64,000 nucleotides of DNA from Mageeibacillus sp. UBA6976. GTDB taxonomy: Bacteria; Bacillota; Clostridia; Saccharofermentanales; Saccharofermentanaceae. Of the stretch, positions 28,480 through 38,774 are shown piece by piece. Both the position numbers and the translations under genes were made by a program. The notes under the pieces were generated by a model that did not search any database, was not told the DNA's origin, and worked only from the letters and a program-made list of their open reading frames with translations. How positions within the stretch are numbered: position 1 is the first letter of the stretch; each line of letters starts with the position of its first letter. The stretch covers positions 74-64,073 of the forward strand of contig DJYO01000032.1 of assembly GCA_002450155.1 (NCBI GenBank), in the 5' to 3' direction.

Positions 28480-28996
28480 TGCTGTTATTCTCCTTTTTGC
28501 TGGTCCTTGCCACTTCGGTGGCAGTTTCTCTTATATTGCTTGTATTGTCATATTTATGGAGCTGTTCCTCGACATAGGCATCTATCTCGCCCACCAGTCT
28601 TATAAGGTGCTCCCGATCTTCCTCGTTATAGCCCTCAAGGATCCTCTTGGCAAGGACCCTGTGGAATTTGGAATTCATCCTGCAGGCAAGTTTGCCGTTA
28701 CGGGTAAGAGATATCCTGACTACTCTCTTGTCCTTTGTATCTCTCTGCCTGATAACATAACCCTTCTTGACGAGTCTGTCGATGGCAACGGTTAGAGTAC
28801 CGGTGGTGATCCCCAGATCCTCCGCAGTCTTCGTCATCGTGCGTGACTGATAAGGACCGATGGCAGTAAGAGTATGCATCTCTGCAATCGAAAGATCAGA
28901 GAAATAACCCGCCTGAAGCGATTTCTCCTCGGTAAGAACGACATTCTCGAATATCCTTACGAGGCTGTCGGACATGATCTGTTCTTGATTATCCAC
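28472..28996 (-). CDS. MarR family regulator (FabT-like)
   Basis: DLSIAEMHTL, GTLTVAIDRLVKKGYV, DKRVVRISLT; overlaps the acp start. Confidence 0.85.
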   Translation of the reverse strand: MDNQEQIMSDSLVRIFENVVLTEEKSLQAGYFSDLSIAEMHTLTAIGPYQSRTMTKTAEDLGITTGTLTVAIDRLVKKGYVIRQRDTKDKRVVRISLTRNGKLACRMNSKFHRVLAKRILEGYNEEDREHLIRLVGEIDAYVEEQLHKYDNTSNIRETATEVARTSKKENNSNG

Positions 28997-29062
28997 CTAT
29001 ATTCTCCCGTTCTATTTTGACCAAAATATTTTACTATAGAATTGTTTGACTTTCAAACAATT

Positions 29063-29905
29063 TCAAAGAGCAGGCGCACCCTTATCCTCCATAAGATAAC
29101 GGAGAGCAAGTAAGATCACGGGCACAAAGATCGCTACCAATAAAAAGGGAGACAGCCTGTCAGCCAAGGGAAATACTCTGTCAGCAAATATGCCCCAGAT
29201 ATTAAACGTGATATGTGCCAGGACAGTATAGAATAACTTGCCGGTCTTAAGCATTACCGCACCTAACACCAACCCCAAAACGAAAGTATATGTAGACTGG
29301 ACCAGATTCATATGTAATATGCCAAAGAGCAGGGCCTGCACAGTAGCAGCGATCAAGCAAGGCAAACCGCCCCTTATAAGATACTTAAGGGATATGGCCC
29401 TGAATGCCAGCTCTTCTGCTATAGGTGCGAGGATAACTCCATAAACTACACTTACCAGAAGATCACTTCCGAGCCCTGAAGAATCGATAAGCTCTATGTA
29501 ATCTCCAAAAGCATCAGGGATAAAAGTCTCATATAAGCCAAGGATTCCCAGGGATACGTAATTTGCGGCGACAGCTATAACTGCTATACCGGCGATATTC
29601 CTGACACTAAACCCCGGGGTGAGCTCTATTATTCCCTTGCCGAAAACCTTTTTGTCCCATATGAGAAGAATTAGGATCGAGGCTATTGCATATAAGATCA
29701 TTGCATAGCCAATATGGGCAGAAGCAAAGCTAACAGCAGCATTAACCGCATCTTCCAGGCTCCCTGCGCCCTGCCTTATTGCCAGGACCAGACCTATAGT
29801 TGCAGATAAGATCAATACCGCATACATTACAAGGACCAGGAGAAGAAGAGGCGATATACTTAGGAATATGTTTAACAGCTTATTTTTTCTATTCTTGCCA
29901 TCCAT
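29063..29905 (-). CDS. CPBP/Abi (CAAX) family intramembrane metalloprotease
   Basis: APIAEELAFR, FGILH, HITFN. Confidence 0.9.
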   Translation of the reverse strand: MDGKNRKNKLLNIFLSISPLLLLVLVMYAVLILSATIGLVLAIRQGAGSLEDAVNAAVSFASAHIGYAMILYAIASILILLIWDKKVFGKGIIELTPGFSVRNIAGIAVIAVAANYVSLGILGLYETFIPDAFGDYIELIDSSGLGSDLLVSVVYGVILAPIAEELAFRAISLKYLIRGGLPCLIAATVQALLFGILHMNLVQSTYTFVLGLVLGAVMLKTGKLFYTVLAHITFNIWGIFADRVFPLADRLSPFLLVAIFVPVILLALRYLMEDKGAPAL

Positions 29906-29906
29906 A

Positions 29907-32384
29907 TCAGTAGAAACTTACGATAGTAACGCCGCTGTCGCCTTCGCCCTGGATACCGTCCCTATATTCCTTAACAAAATCACAGTTAGACAGTCTCTCC
30001 CTCACACAAGCTCTGAGAGCGCCTGTTCCCTTGCCGTGGACTATCCTTGCAGACTTAACACCTGAGAGTTTGCAGTCCTCAAGATATCTCATCAGAGCAG
30101 ATTCAGCCTCAGCGGTAGTCATGCCTATAAGCATTAATTCTGAACTATGCGAGCTTACTGCATCAAACCTCGCCTGGGATATCTTTTTGGCAGGACGTGA
30201 AGGATTCCTGCCGGAATTCTTATTCTTATTGAGCTCACCTAACTGCTCTGCCGTGGGCATCCTGAGCTGATCCACCTTGACATTAAACTTCATGGAGCCG
30301 GATGTTATCTGAAGGGATCCGCTCTTATTTGGGAGCGAAGAAGCCGTGCCCGTGATATCGAAGGCCGGAACATAGTAAACCTGCCCTACTACCACATCTC
30401 TTACAGCCTCACCTGACAAGGCTACTCTCTGGGCAAGCTCGTCATCAGCATCAGAGCCAAGATCCTCTATTCCGGACCTGAGCCTCCTCCTGATCTTATT
30501 AAGCTCATCTATAGTTTCCTGACGGCTTAGCTCCTTGGACTTTTTCTTAAAGTCTTTGAGCATCTGGTTTATTTCTTCTTCCCGGTCTTCAAGAAGCTCT
30601 CTTTGCTTTGCCCGGGACTCATCGAGTATCTTGGATTTAGAAGATCTGAGCTTGGCTTTCTCCTCTTCGAGCTCGGTCTTAGCCCTCTCAAGTTCGATCT
30701 TGAGCATCTCGGATTCTTCTCTTGCTTTAAGAGCCATCTTGGAATCCTGCTCTGCCTTGATAAGGAGAGCTTCGTAAGATATCTCCTCTGAAGACAGTTT
30801 GGTCCTGGCATCTTCAAGTATGGCAGAAGGAAGTCCCAGCTTACGGGAGATGACAAAGGCATTAGACGAACCGGGCCTGCCAATTATCAGCCTGTATGTC
30901 GGAGCCAGTGTTTCTGTATCGAACTCACAGGAAGCATTCATTACCCCTTCGGTATCAAGGGCGTATGCCTTGAGCTCCCTGTAATGGGTCGTAGCCATGG
31001 TAACGCAATCTTTGTTCCTTAATGCGTCTATTATCGAGATCGCAAGAGCGGCACCTTCTGCAGGGTCCGTGCCGGATCCTAATTCATCCAGAAGCACCAG
31101 AGCTCTGCCCTTGATGTTCTTTAAAATAAAGACGATATTCGATATATGGGCAGAGAAGGTTGACAGGCTCTGTTCTATGCTCTGCTCATCTCCGATATCC
31201 GCCAGCACTCTGTCAAAGATGCAGACTTCGCTTCCACTTTTTGCCGGTATCGCAAGTCCTGCCATGGTCATGAGTGTCAAAAGGCCGCAGGTCTTAAGAG
31301 ATACGGTCTTTCCGCCCGTATTAGGACCTGTGACTATCAGGGTGTTATAATCCCTGCCTACCTGGATATCTATCGGAACCACTTTATCCTTAGCGATAAG
31401 GGGATGTCTTGCCTTGAGGAGCACTACCCTGCCCTCTTGATTTGTTATGGCGCAGTACGAATCAGTCTCTACCGCATATTCACCCTTGGCCATAGCAAGA
31501 TCCAGGGCAGACACGATCTCTATGTCTTCGCGGAGGAGCTGTTCGTTCTTTGTGACATTATAGGTTAGAGCCGAGAGTATCCTCTGGATCTCAAAAGCCT
31601 CCGAAGCTTCGAGCTCGGCAATCTTGTTGTTAGCCTCAACAACAGACATAGGCTCAAGGAATATGGTCTGCCCCGTTGAAGATGCACCGTGAACGATACC
31701 GGGAATCCTGCCCTTAAAATCTGATTTGACCGGGATACAGTACCTGCCTTCACGCATGGTAATGATCGTATCCTGGAGCATATCCTCGTTGCCGGATATA
31801 ACCCTGTCAAGAAGAGCTCTTATGCCAGAAGCAGTAGACTTGAGTTCCCGCCTTATATCGTACAGTTCCTTACTGGCCCTGTCAGATACTTCATTCTGAC
31901 CTAATATGCATTCATCTATGGATGCAAGAAGAGATGAGACCTCATTAAGACTGTCTATCGCCTGCATAATGAGAGCCTCTTCCTCATCTGCCAAAGGCGA
32001 TCCTGCAGATCTTGCCTTAGCGGCAGCTTTGCCAAGTTCAGATACAGCCTTGAGGAAAGAAGATACATCAAGCAAGGCTTCGCAGGAGAGAGTACCCCCT
32101 GCCTTGGCATAGGACAGATGCTCGTCAAGATATCTGATCCCGCCCAGAGGAAGAACGCCGAATCTCCTTATGTGTGTTATCGCTTCGCTGGTCCATTCCA
32201 GATTCGCTTTAACATATTCCGGATCCGTACAAGGCAACATATCAGCAACAAGACTCCTTCCGTAAGGAGTCCTTGCATGCGATGCCACCTTGTCCCTGAT
32301 CTTTACAAATTCAAGAGTCTCGAGAACTCTTCCGTGTATCTTGCGTTTCTCGAGTCTCTCGTCAAATGTAAGGTATTCGTACAT
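29907..32384 (-). CDS. mutS2: endonuclease MutS2
   Basis: TGPNTGGKT, DIGDEQSIEQSLSTFS, DELGSGTDP, C-terminal Smr domain (IVHGKGTGALR). Confidence 0.96.
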   Translation of the reverse strand: MYEYLTFDERLEKRKIHGRVLETLEFVKIRDKVASHARTPYGRSLVADMLPCTDPEYVKANLEWTSEAITHIRRFGVLPLGGIRYLDEHLSYAKAGGTLSCEALLDVSSFLKAVSELGKAAAKARSAGSPLADEEEALIMQAIDSLNEVSSLLASIDECILGQNEVSDRASKELYDIRRELKSTASGIRALLDRVISGNEDMLQDTIITMREGRYCIPVKSDFKGRIPGIVHGASSTGQTIFLEPMSVVEANNKIAELEASEAFEIQRILSALTYNVTKNEQLLREDIEIVSALDLAMAKGEYAVETDSYCAITNQEGRVVLLKARHPLIAKDKVVPIDIQVGRDYNTLIVTGPNTGGKTVSLKTCGLLTLMTMAGLAIPAKSGSEVCIFDRVLADIGDEQSIEQSLSTFSAHISNIVFILKNIKGRALVLLDELGSGTDPAEGAALAISIIDALRNKDCVTMATTHYRELKAYALDTEGVMNASCEFDTETLAPTYRLIIGRPGSSNAFVISRKLGLPSAILEDARTKLSSEEISYEALLIKAEQDSKMALKAREESEMLKIELERAKTELEEEKAKLRSSKSKILDESRAKQRELLEDREEEINQMLKDFKKKSKELSRQETIDELNKIRRRLRSGIEDLGSDADDELAQRVALSGEAVRDVVVGQVYYVPAFDITGTASSLPNKSGSLQITSGSMKFNVKVDQLRMPTAEQLGELNKNKNSGRNPSRPAKKISQARFDAVSSHSSELMLIGMTTAEAESALMRYLEDCKLSGVKSARIVHGKGTGALRACVRERLSNCDFVKEYRDGIQGEGDSGVTIVSFY

Positions 32385-32386
32385 AT

Positions 32387-33448
32387 TTAACCAAGTCGCT
32401 TGGCGTTATCGATAAGATCCTGAGTGATGGTCTTGGTCATGTTAAGACCTTCCTCAATATCGATATCACCGATCTTGCCATCCTTCTCGATAATGAGTCT
32501 GTTGAATCTCCTGTCCTTGAGGCAGTCAATTGCCCTGATACCCATAAGAGATGCAGTTGCCCTGTCTCTTAATGTAGGAGAGCCGCCTCTTTGGAGATGG
32601 CCTAAGATAGTAGGTCTGGATTCAATACCTGTTGCTTCTTCTATCTGTTTTGCAATGTCATCTGCATGTCCGACACCTTCGGCAACGATAACGATGTAAT
32701 GCTTCTTACCTCTGTTGCGGCCGTCCAGAATAATCCTCAGGACATCCCTGTTAAAGTCATAGGGAACCTCAGGGATAAGGATGCTCTCAGCACCTGTTGC
32801 TATACCTACATTAAGGGCGATCCAGCCTGCGTGCCTGCCCATTACTTCGATAACGCTGCATCTCTCGTGCGAAGATGCGGTATCTCTTAACTTATCGATG
32901 CACTGCATCGCAGTATTCATTGAAGTATCGTAACCTATTGTATATTCGGTCGAAGCAATATCGTTATCGATAGTGCCCGGGATACCGATCACAGGCATAC
33001 CGATCCTTGCAAGTGCTCTTGCACCCTTATAAGATCCGTCCCCACCGATCACAACCAGTGCGTCAAGCTCATATGCCTCCATCATGCGGGCACCCTTGAG
33101 AACACCCTGGTCTGTGGTAAATGTCTTGGACCTTGCAGTCATAAGGAAGGTACCGCCGCGCTGCAGAGTCTCTGATACGGATCTGCCGTCAAGCTGCTTT
33201 ATCTCACCCTTCCAGAGTCCATGAAATCCACGCTGAACTCCGTACATCTCAAATCCCGCATTAAGACCGGCTCTTACAACTGCCCTTATTGCGGCATTCA
33301 TTCCGGGGGCATCGCCGCCGCTGGTAAGAACACCTACACGTTTTACAGGCTCAACGCCTTCCTTATCTATATTGTCATAATTGGGAGCTACCAAAGAATT
33401 GATCTCAGGAAGATTGCTCTCATCGTATAATAGTCTGCTCATAAGCAT
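32387..33448 (-). CDS. pfkA: ATP-dependent 6-phosphofructokinase
   Basis: TSGGDAPGMNA, GGDGS, PGTIDND, EVMGR, LGHLQRGG. Confidence 0.96.
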   Translation of the reverse strand: MLMSRLLYDESNLPEINSLVAPNYDNIDKEGVEPVKRVGVLTSGGDAPGMNAAIRAVVRAGLNAGFEMYGVQRGFHGLWKGEIKQLDGRSVSETLQRGGTFLMTARSKTFTTDQGVLKGARMMEAYELDALVVIGGDGSYKGARALARIGMPVIGIPGTIDNDIASTEYTIGYDTSMNTAMQCIDKLRDTASSHERCSVIEVMGRHAGWIALNVGIATGAESILIPEVPYDFNRDVLRIILDGRNRGKKHYIVIVAEGVGHADDIAKQIEEATGIESRPTILGHLQRGGSPTLRDRATASLMGIRAIDCLKDRRFNRLIIEKDGKIGDIDIEEGLNMTKTITQDLIDNAKRLG

Positions 33449-33579
33449 TTCCTCCGTAATTCGCTAACAGGCAAATTATACACTATCACGCTTAAAACAG
33501 ACAGTTTAATAAATTAATTAAATAAGAACATATGCAAATAAAGGTTCTTTACGGAATCAGTGGGAATAAGTGATTATGT

Positions 33580-34236
33580 TCACGGATCGCTATGATCCTT
33601 TAAACCTTCGGCGCCCGTCCAGAAACCGGCTGACGTAATGTTAGGATACTTAGAGCGATTGCTGACAACGCAGAGCGTTATTTCTGTCCCTTTGTTTGGT
33701 CCGACACCAATTACATTGGGTTTACCTGCCCCACCGGTTATGGACTTGTCGTCCCACGGATAACTGTATGTCCAGGTTCCGTCTACATAATAAACTGCCG
33801 GTGCATTCTCATCGGCTACATAGGCAACAAACAACACAGTGTAAGGAAGCGTTGATTTGTCTGCATCATCTTTATATTTATTATAACTTCCGACGCCAAA
33901 AATCAGAATATACGGCTCGTTATCGCCACGCTGAAATCCCATATATGAAAGTATCTGATCACCGTACTCATTGCTTGTCCAGTCGCTATCCTTACTGTTA
34001 GTTATCGGAACTAGCACCTCGCCTTTTGAATATAATTCGGTCATTGCCGACTGTGCAGCAACTCTGGCATAATAAGCTTGGTCATAACACTTCTCTCTTT
34101 TGGCCCTCTTAATATATCCTGTCAGAGCCGGTACAAGCATAGCAGCCAAAACAGCAAGAATAACAAGAACCACAATAAGCTCAACGAGCGTGAACGCCTG
34201 TCTTCCGGATCTCATTTTGTTATTCAATCTTTTCAT
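33580..34236 (-). CDS. prepilin-type (type IV pilin / T2SS pseudopilin) protein
   Basis: Class III signal RQA|FTLVELIVVLVILAVLAAMLVP with Glu5. Confidence 0.9.
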   Translation of the reverse strand: MKRLNNKMRSGRQAFTLVELIVVLVILAVLAAMLVPALTGYIKRAKREKCYDQAYYARVAAQSAMTELYSKGEVLVPITNSKDSDWTSNEYGDQILSYMGFQRGDNEPYILIFGVGSYNKYKDDADKSTLPYTVLFVAYVADENAPAVYYVDGTWTYSYPWDDKSITGGAGKPNVIGVGPNKGTEITLCVVSNRSKYPNITSAGFWTGAEGLKDHSDP

Positions 34237-34340
34237 CTAAAAGCTCCAACATTATGTTTTTAATTGTTCTCTGTCTAATTATTCCCTGTCTGTATAATAC
34301 TATGATACTCGGTAAAAATCATATCCTGATTTATGAATGC

Positions 34341-34373
34341 GGACTGACTCCTTGCCTGGCAAGGAATCAGTCC
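34341..34373. repeat. 16-bp-arm inverted repeat (terminator-like or REP-like hairpin)
   Basis: GGACTGACTCCTTGCC-T-GGCAAGGAATCAGTCC, one mismatch; no clear U-tract. Confidence 0.7.
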
Positions 34374-34442
34374 TTATACTCAGTTTAAATCGTCCAACAA
34401 AGTGGGTTCACTTCATTTACGGGCGTTTCCAGGGTTTTGCAA

Positions 34443-35186
34443 CTATTCGAGTTCTATAGCGTCCAATACCTTAGTAATATTCTCATGGAACACAAGAGTG
34501 GCACCTCTGTCCCTCGCTGTCTTGTCTCTGTTAATGATAACAAGATACTTGCCGGGGAAATCATAGGCAAGAGAAGCTGCAGGCTGCACAGCAAGAGATG
34601 TCCCTCCGATGATAAGCAGGTCCGCATTATAGATCAGCCTCTTGGATTCGATCCAGGCAGTCTGAGGGAGACCTTCACCATATAAAGTAACATCAGGCCT
34701 TACCATGCCGCCACACTTGGGGCAAATAGGGATAGGGCCTTCGGACTTAAAGATAAAATCAGCAGGATATTTCTCATGGCACTTCATGCAGTAATTGCGA
34801 AGTGTGGATCCGTGTATCTCCTGAACATTCCTGCTCCCTGCCCTCTGATGTAGGCCGTCTATATTCTGAGTGATGACTCCGTCTAACTTGCCTGCCTTCT
34901 CCATCTCGGCAAGCTTATAGTGGGCACGGTTAGGCTCTATACCTGCAGTATTAAGCTTCTGTCTGTAGAATTCAAAGAAAACATTAGGATGGTCTACGAG
35001 GCAGTCGATGCTGAGGAGATATTCCGGCGAGTATCTGTCAAATTTGACATCGTGCTGGTTATAAAGGCCGTCCTTGCTCCTGAAATCAGGAATACCGCTC
35101 TCTGTGGATACACCGGCTCCTCCAAAGAAGACAATGTGCTCTGACTGCGCTACAATGGAGTTTAGCTTTGCATATTCATCTGCCAT
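34443..35186 (-). CDS. cobB: NAD-dependent protein deacylase (sirtuin)
   Basis: GAGVSTESGIPDFR, TQNIDGLH, HGS, CxxC...CxxC, GTSL. Confidence 0.94.
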   Translation of the reverse strand: MADEYAKLNSIVAQSEHIVFFGGAGVSTESGIPDFRSKDGLYNQHDVKFDRYSPEYLLSIDCLVDHPNVFFEFYRQKLNTAGIEPNRAHYKLAEMEKAGKLDGVITQNIDGLHQRAGSRNVQEIHGSTLRNYCMKCHEKYPADFIFKSEGPIPICPKCGGMVRPDVTLYGEGLPQTAWIESKRLIYNADLLIIGGTSLAVQPAASLAYDFPGKYLVIINRDKTARDRGATLVFHENITKVLDAIELE

Positions 35187-35204
35187 ATATAAACCTCCTT
35201 CGCT

Positions 35205-38200
35205 CTACTTAATGATTATATTACCTTCACCCGCAAGTTTGGCAAGCTCATCCAAGACCTGAGGATCAGGGTCTATATTACATACGCTGTCTAATCTTAT
35301 GACACTGGAGTCCTTGGTAAACTCAACTTCAACCGGGATATTGCCGTGGAAGTAAACAAGGAAATTGAGAAGTCTGTCAAACCCCTTGCTGTCAGGAGAG
35401 CCGCCATATCTTATATGTATCAGAGAAGTCTTGGGACTCTCGATCTTCCTACCCGCTTCCTTAAGTGCGAAGAAATAGTTCTTATCCTGCCTCAGAGCAG
35501 TTCTAACAGCGTTTATATCCTTGGTGATAGGTATAACGCTGTCTGCAAAGAGTGTGAGCAGCTCACCCTCACGCATCTGCCTTCTGCCGATAAAGAAGAA
35601 TGGCTTGTTCTTATCAACGATCCTGTTGAAGTTATCGAAACTCTTGCCGTATAACAACACCTCGAAAGCGCCTGACATATCTTCGCAGCTGATCGTTGCC
35701 AGCATGGACTTACGCTTGGTATAACCGGTCTTTTTGCCTGTAACGAGACCTGCCATACAAACCATGGCATTGTCATCTAAGGCATCGTAGCCTCTCATGG
35801 TAACTATGTCCTCGATCTCACTTGTATTGAAGGTAACTGAATCGAGGATCAGATCCTGGTAAGCCCCCAGAGGATTGCCTGACAGATATATGCCTACCAT
35901 ATCCTTCTCAAAGCCAAGCCTGACTTCATCGGGATATTCATTTACTTCAGGAATATATATAGATGTATCCCCACCTATATCGTCAGACAGATCGAAGAGG
36001 GTCATCTGACCCTCAATATTGCTGCTCTGCGAACGGGTCAGTTTCTCAAACTCAGTCTGAACACAGGCAACCATTCTTGCCCTGTTAAGCCCGAAGACAT
36101 CAAGAGCTGAAGCAAGGATAAGGGACTCCACCGTATTACGCTTGACTCCTATAACCGATGCTCTGGTAAGGAAGTCTTCGAAACTCCTGAACTCGCCATT
36201 CTCGTCCCTGTTCTTAAGGATGGTGATAACCGCTGCCTCACCGACATTCTTTATTACAGACAGACCGATCCTTATACTGTCTTTGCCCTCAGTAGTAAAT
36301 CTCTCCCGGCTCCTGTTGATATCCGGAGGCAGGACCTTGATGCCCATGCCAGGAAGAGTCGCTATATAGTAAGAGGCCTTGCCCAGATCGTCTCTGTAGG
36401 AATTAAGGGTCGCTGCCATAAATTCTGTAGGATAGTGGTACTTAAGATAAGCTGTCCAATATCCTACCAGGGCATAGCAGGCTGCATGGGATTTGTTGAA
36501 GGCATATCCTGCAAATCCTGATACATCGTCAAAGATCTTGGAGGCTGTCTTCTCCGGGACACCGCGGTTTACTGCACCGTCTATCGTCCTGCCCTTGTCA
36601 TCTGTGCCGCCGTAGATGAAGAGTTGTCTGTACTTCTCCATCTCTTCTCTCTTCTTCTTGCTCATGGCGCGGCGTATCATGTCAGACTGACCCATAGTAA
36701 AACCGGCCAGATCTCTTACTATCTGCATAACTTGTTCCTGGTAGATCGCGCAGCCGTAAGTTACGTTCAATATCGGTTCGAGCAAGGGGTGGTCGTATGT
36801 AATATGTTCCGGATTGTGTCTGCAATCGACATATTTGGGGATCTGATCCATAGGACCGGGACGATAGAGGGAGATACCGGCTATAATATCTTCAAGACTC
36901 TGGGGCTCTAGCTGCTTCATAAAGGAAGTCATACCCCTGCTCTCAAGCTGGAATACGCCTATCGTATCACCACGACTTATCATCCCGTAAACATCTTTGT
37001 CATCAAGAGGTATACGGCTTAGCTCTATATTCCTGCCGTAGTTATCAGATATAAGATCTATGCAGTCTCTAAGTACGGTAAGGGTCCTGAGTCCAAGAAA
37101 ATCGAATTTAAGAAGTCCTATACTCTCAACACTATATTTATCGAACTGCACTACAGTCGTATCGTCGTTGACTGCAAGAGGAGCGTAGTCCGTTATATCG
37201 CTGCCGGATATTATGATACCAGCCGCATGGGTGCTTGCATTGCGCGGGAGTCCTTCGATCTTCATGGCCATATCGATAACGTTACGGGCTGCATCGTCGG
37301 TATCGTAGCATTCCTTAAACTCCCGGCTTATCTCCAGGGCTCTTGTTATAGTCATGTCAGGAGAGAAAGGTATCATCTTTGTTATCTTGTTGCTGTCAGC
37401 GATCGGCATGTTGAGGACCCTGGCAACATCCTTGATAGCAGCCCTTGCGGCAAGGGTTCCGAAGGTTATTACATGGGCAACTCTTGATGCGCCATACTTG
37501 CGGATAACATAGTCGATGGCATCCTGTCTCCTGGAATCATCGAAATCAACGTCAAAGTCCGGCATAGAAACACGCTCGACGTTAAGGAATCTCTCGAATA
37601 CCAGCGAATACTTGATAGGATCTATATCGGTAATACCTATTGCATATGCCACCAGAGATCCTGCACCGGAGCCTCGGCCGGGTCCTACCATAACGCCATG
37701 GGTCTTAGAGTAATTGATAAAATCCCAGACTATAAGGTAATAGTCCGTATATCCCATATTGATTATTACCGACAGCTCATACTCGGCTCTCTTATAGTAA
37801 TCCTTGATATCTCCGGTGGGAGGCAATACTTCAAACCTCCGTTCAAGTCCCTTATAGGTCAGATCGGTGAGATATGCTGCAGCATTCTCATAATCTGCAG
37901 GTATCTCATATACCGGAAGATGGATAGTATCGAAATCGTATTCCGCCCGGCACATATCAGCAATCTTTGCCGTGTTATCTATGGCTTCAGGAAGCTCCGG
38001 GAAGAACTGTCTCATCTCTGTCTCGGATTTAACGTAGAATTCATTACAGGACATACGCATCCTGTTCTCGTCATCTATCCTGGCTCCCGTGGATATGCAC
38101 AGGAGTATGTCCTGAGCCTCGCTGTCAGATTTCTTAAGGTAGTGACAGTCATTAGTGGCGACAAGAGGTATCCCGGTCTCTCTTGATATCCTTACAAGAG

Positions 38201-38774
38201 CTGAATTGACCTTGGCCTGCAAAGGTGTGGTGTTAGCCTGGACCTCAAGATAGTAATTCCCTCTCCCGAAGATCCGGTCGTATTCCAAAGCAGTCTTAAG
38301 CGCGCCCTCCATATCCCCGTCAAGTATCTTCTGGGGGACCTTGCCCGCTACGCATGCCGACAGGCAGATCAACCCCTCGTGCCATTTGACAAGCAAGTCC
38401 TCATCAATTCTGGGTCTCCTGTAGAAACCTTCGGTAAAGCCTGCCGATACCAGTCGGTTAAGATTAACAAGGCCCTTGTTATCCTTGGCAAGCAGCACCA
38501 GATGGTTATAGTATCTGTCACTGTCTGACCCTGCCCCCTGCTTATCGAAACGGGAAGAAGGAGCTACATAGACCTCGCAGCCGATTATAGGGTGAATGCC
38601 GTTAGCCTTCATCTCCTTATAGAAAGAAACAGCACCATACATCACACCGTGATCCGTAATGGCGCATGAATCCATCCCCATCTCCTTGAGCCTTACAGCA
38701 AGATCCTTGATCTTGATGGCACCGTCAAGAAGTGAATATTCCGTATGAAGATGCAGATGACAGAAGCCGCCCAT
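35205..38774 (-). CDS. dnaE: DNA polymerase III alpha subunit
   Basis: PHP HLHLHTEYSLLDG, GPGRGSGAGS, SMPDFDVDF, KFDFLGL, AFNKSH, QMTLFD clamp motif, OB fold. Confidence 0.97.
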   Translation of the reverse strand: MGGFCHLHLHTEYSLLDGAIKIKDLAVRLKEMGMDSCAITDHGVMYGAVSFYKEMKANGIHPIIGCEVYVAPSSRFDKQGAGSDSDRYYNHLVLLAKDNKGLVNLNRLVSAGFTEGFYRRPRIDEDLLVKWHEGLICLSACVAGKVPQKILDGDMEGALKTALEYDRIFGRGNYYLEVQANTTPLQAKVNSALVRISRETGIPLVATNDCHYLKKSDSEAQDILLCISTGARIDDENRMRMSCNEFYVKSETEMRQFFPELPEAIDNTAKIADMCRAEYDFDTIHLPVYEIPADYENAAAYLTDLTYKGLERRFEVLPPTGDIKDYYKRAEYELSVIINMGYTDYYLIVWDFINYSKTHGVMVGPGRGSGAGSLVAYAIGITDIDPIKYSLVFERFLNVERVSMPDFDVDFDDSRRQDAIDYVIRKYGASRVAHVITFGTLAARAAIKDVARVLNMPIADSNKITKMIPFSPDMTITRALEISREFKECYDTDDAARNVIDMAMKIEGLPRNASTHAAGIIISGSDITDYAPLAVNDDTTVVQFDKYSVESIGLLKFDFLGLRTLTVLRDCIDLISDNYGRNIELSRIPLDDKDVYGMISRGDTIGVFQLESRGMTSFMKQLEPQSLEDIIAGISLYRPGPMDQIPKYVDCRHNPEHITYDHPLLEPILNVTYGCAIYQEQVMQIVRDLAGFTMGQSDMIRRAMSKKKREEMEKYRQLFIYGGTDDKGRTIDGAVNRGVPEKTASKIFDDVSGFAGYAFNKSHAACYALVGYWTAYLKYHYPTEFMAATLNSYRDDLGKASYYIATLPGMGIKVLPPDINRSRERFTTEGKDSIRIGLSVIKNVGEAAVITILKNRDENGEFRSFEDFLTRASVIGVKRNTVESLILASALDVFGLNRARMVACVQTEFEKLTRSQSSNIEGQMTLFDLSDDIGGDTSIYIPEVNEYPDEVRLGFEKDMVGIYLSGNPLGAYQDLILDSVTFNTSEIEDIVTMRGYDALDDNAMVCMAGLVTGKKTGYTKRKSMLATISCEDMSGAFEVLLYGKSFDNFNRIVDKNKPFFFIGRRQMREGELLTLFADSVIPITKDINAVRTALRQDKNYFFALKEAGRKIESPKTSLIHIRYGGSPDSKGFDRLLNFLVYFHGNIPVEVEFTKDSSVIRLDSVCNIDPDPQVLDELAKLAGEGNIIIK

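Noticed and set aside
34380-34442. Possible c-di-GMP-I riboswitch upstream of the pilin gene (GCAAAACCCTGGAAAC on the minus strand)
   Set aside because: Lacks the paired P2 stem and the GACGCAAAG junction.
34443-35186. Sir2 protein as an anti-phage effector
   Set aside because: Classical short zinc-finger sirtuin in a housekeeping context with no defence partner genes.
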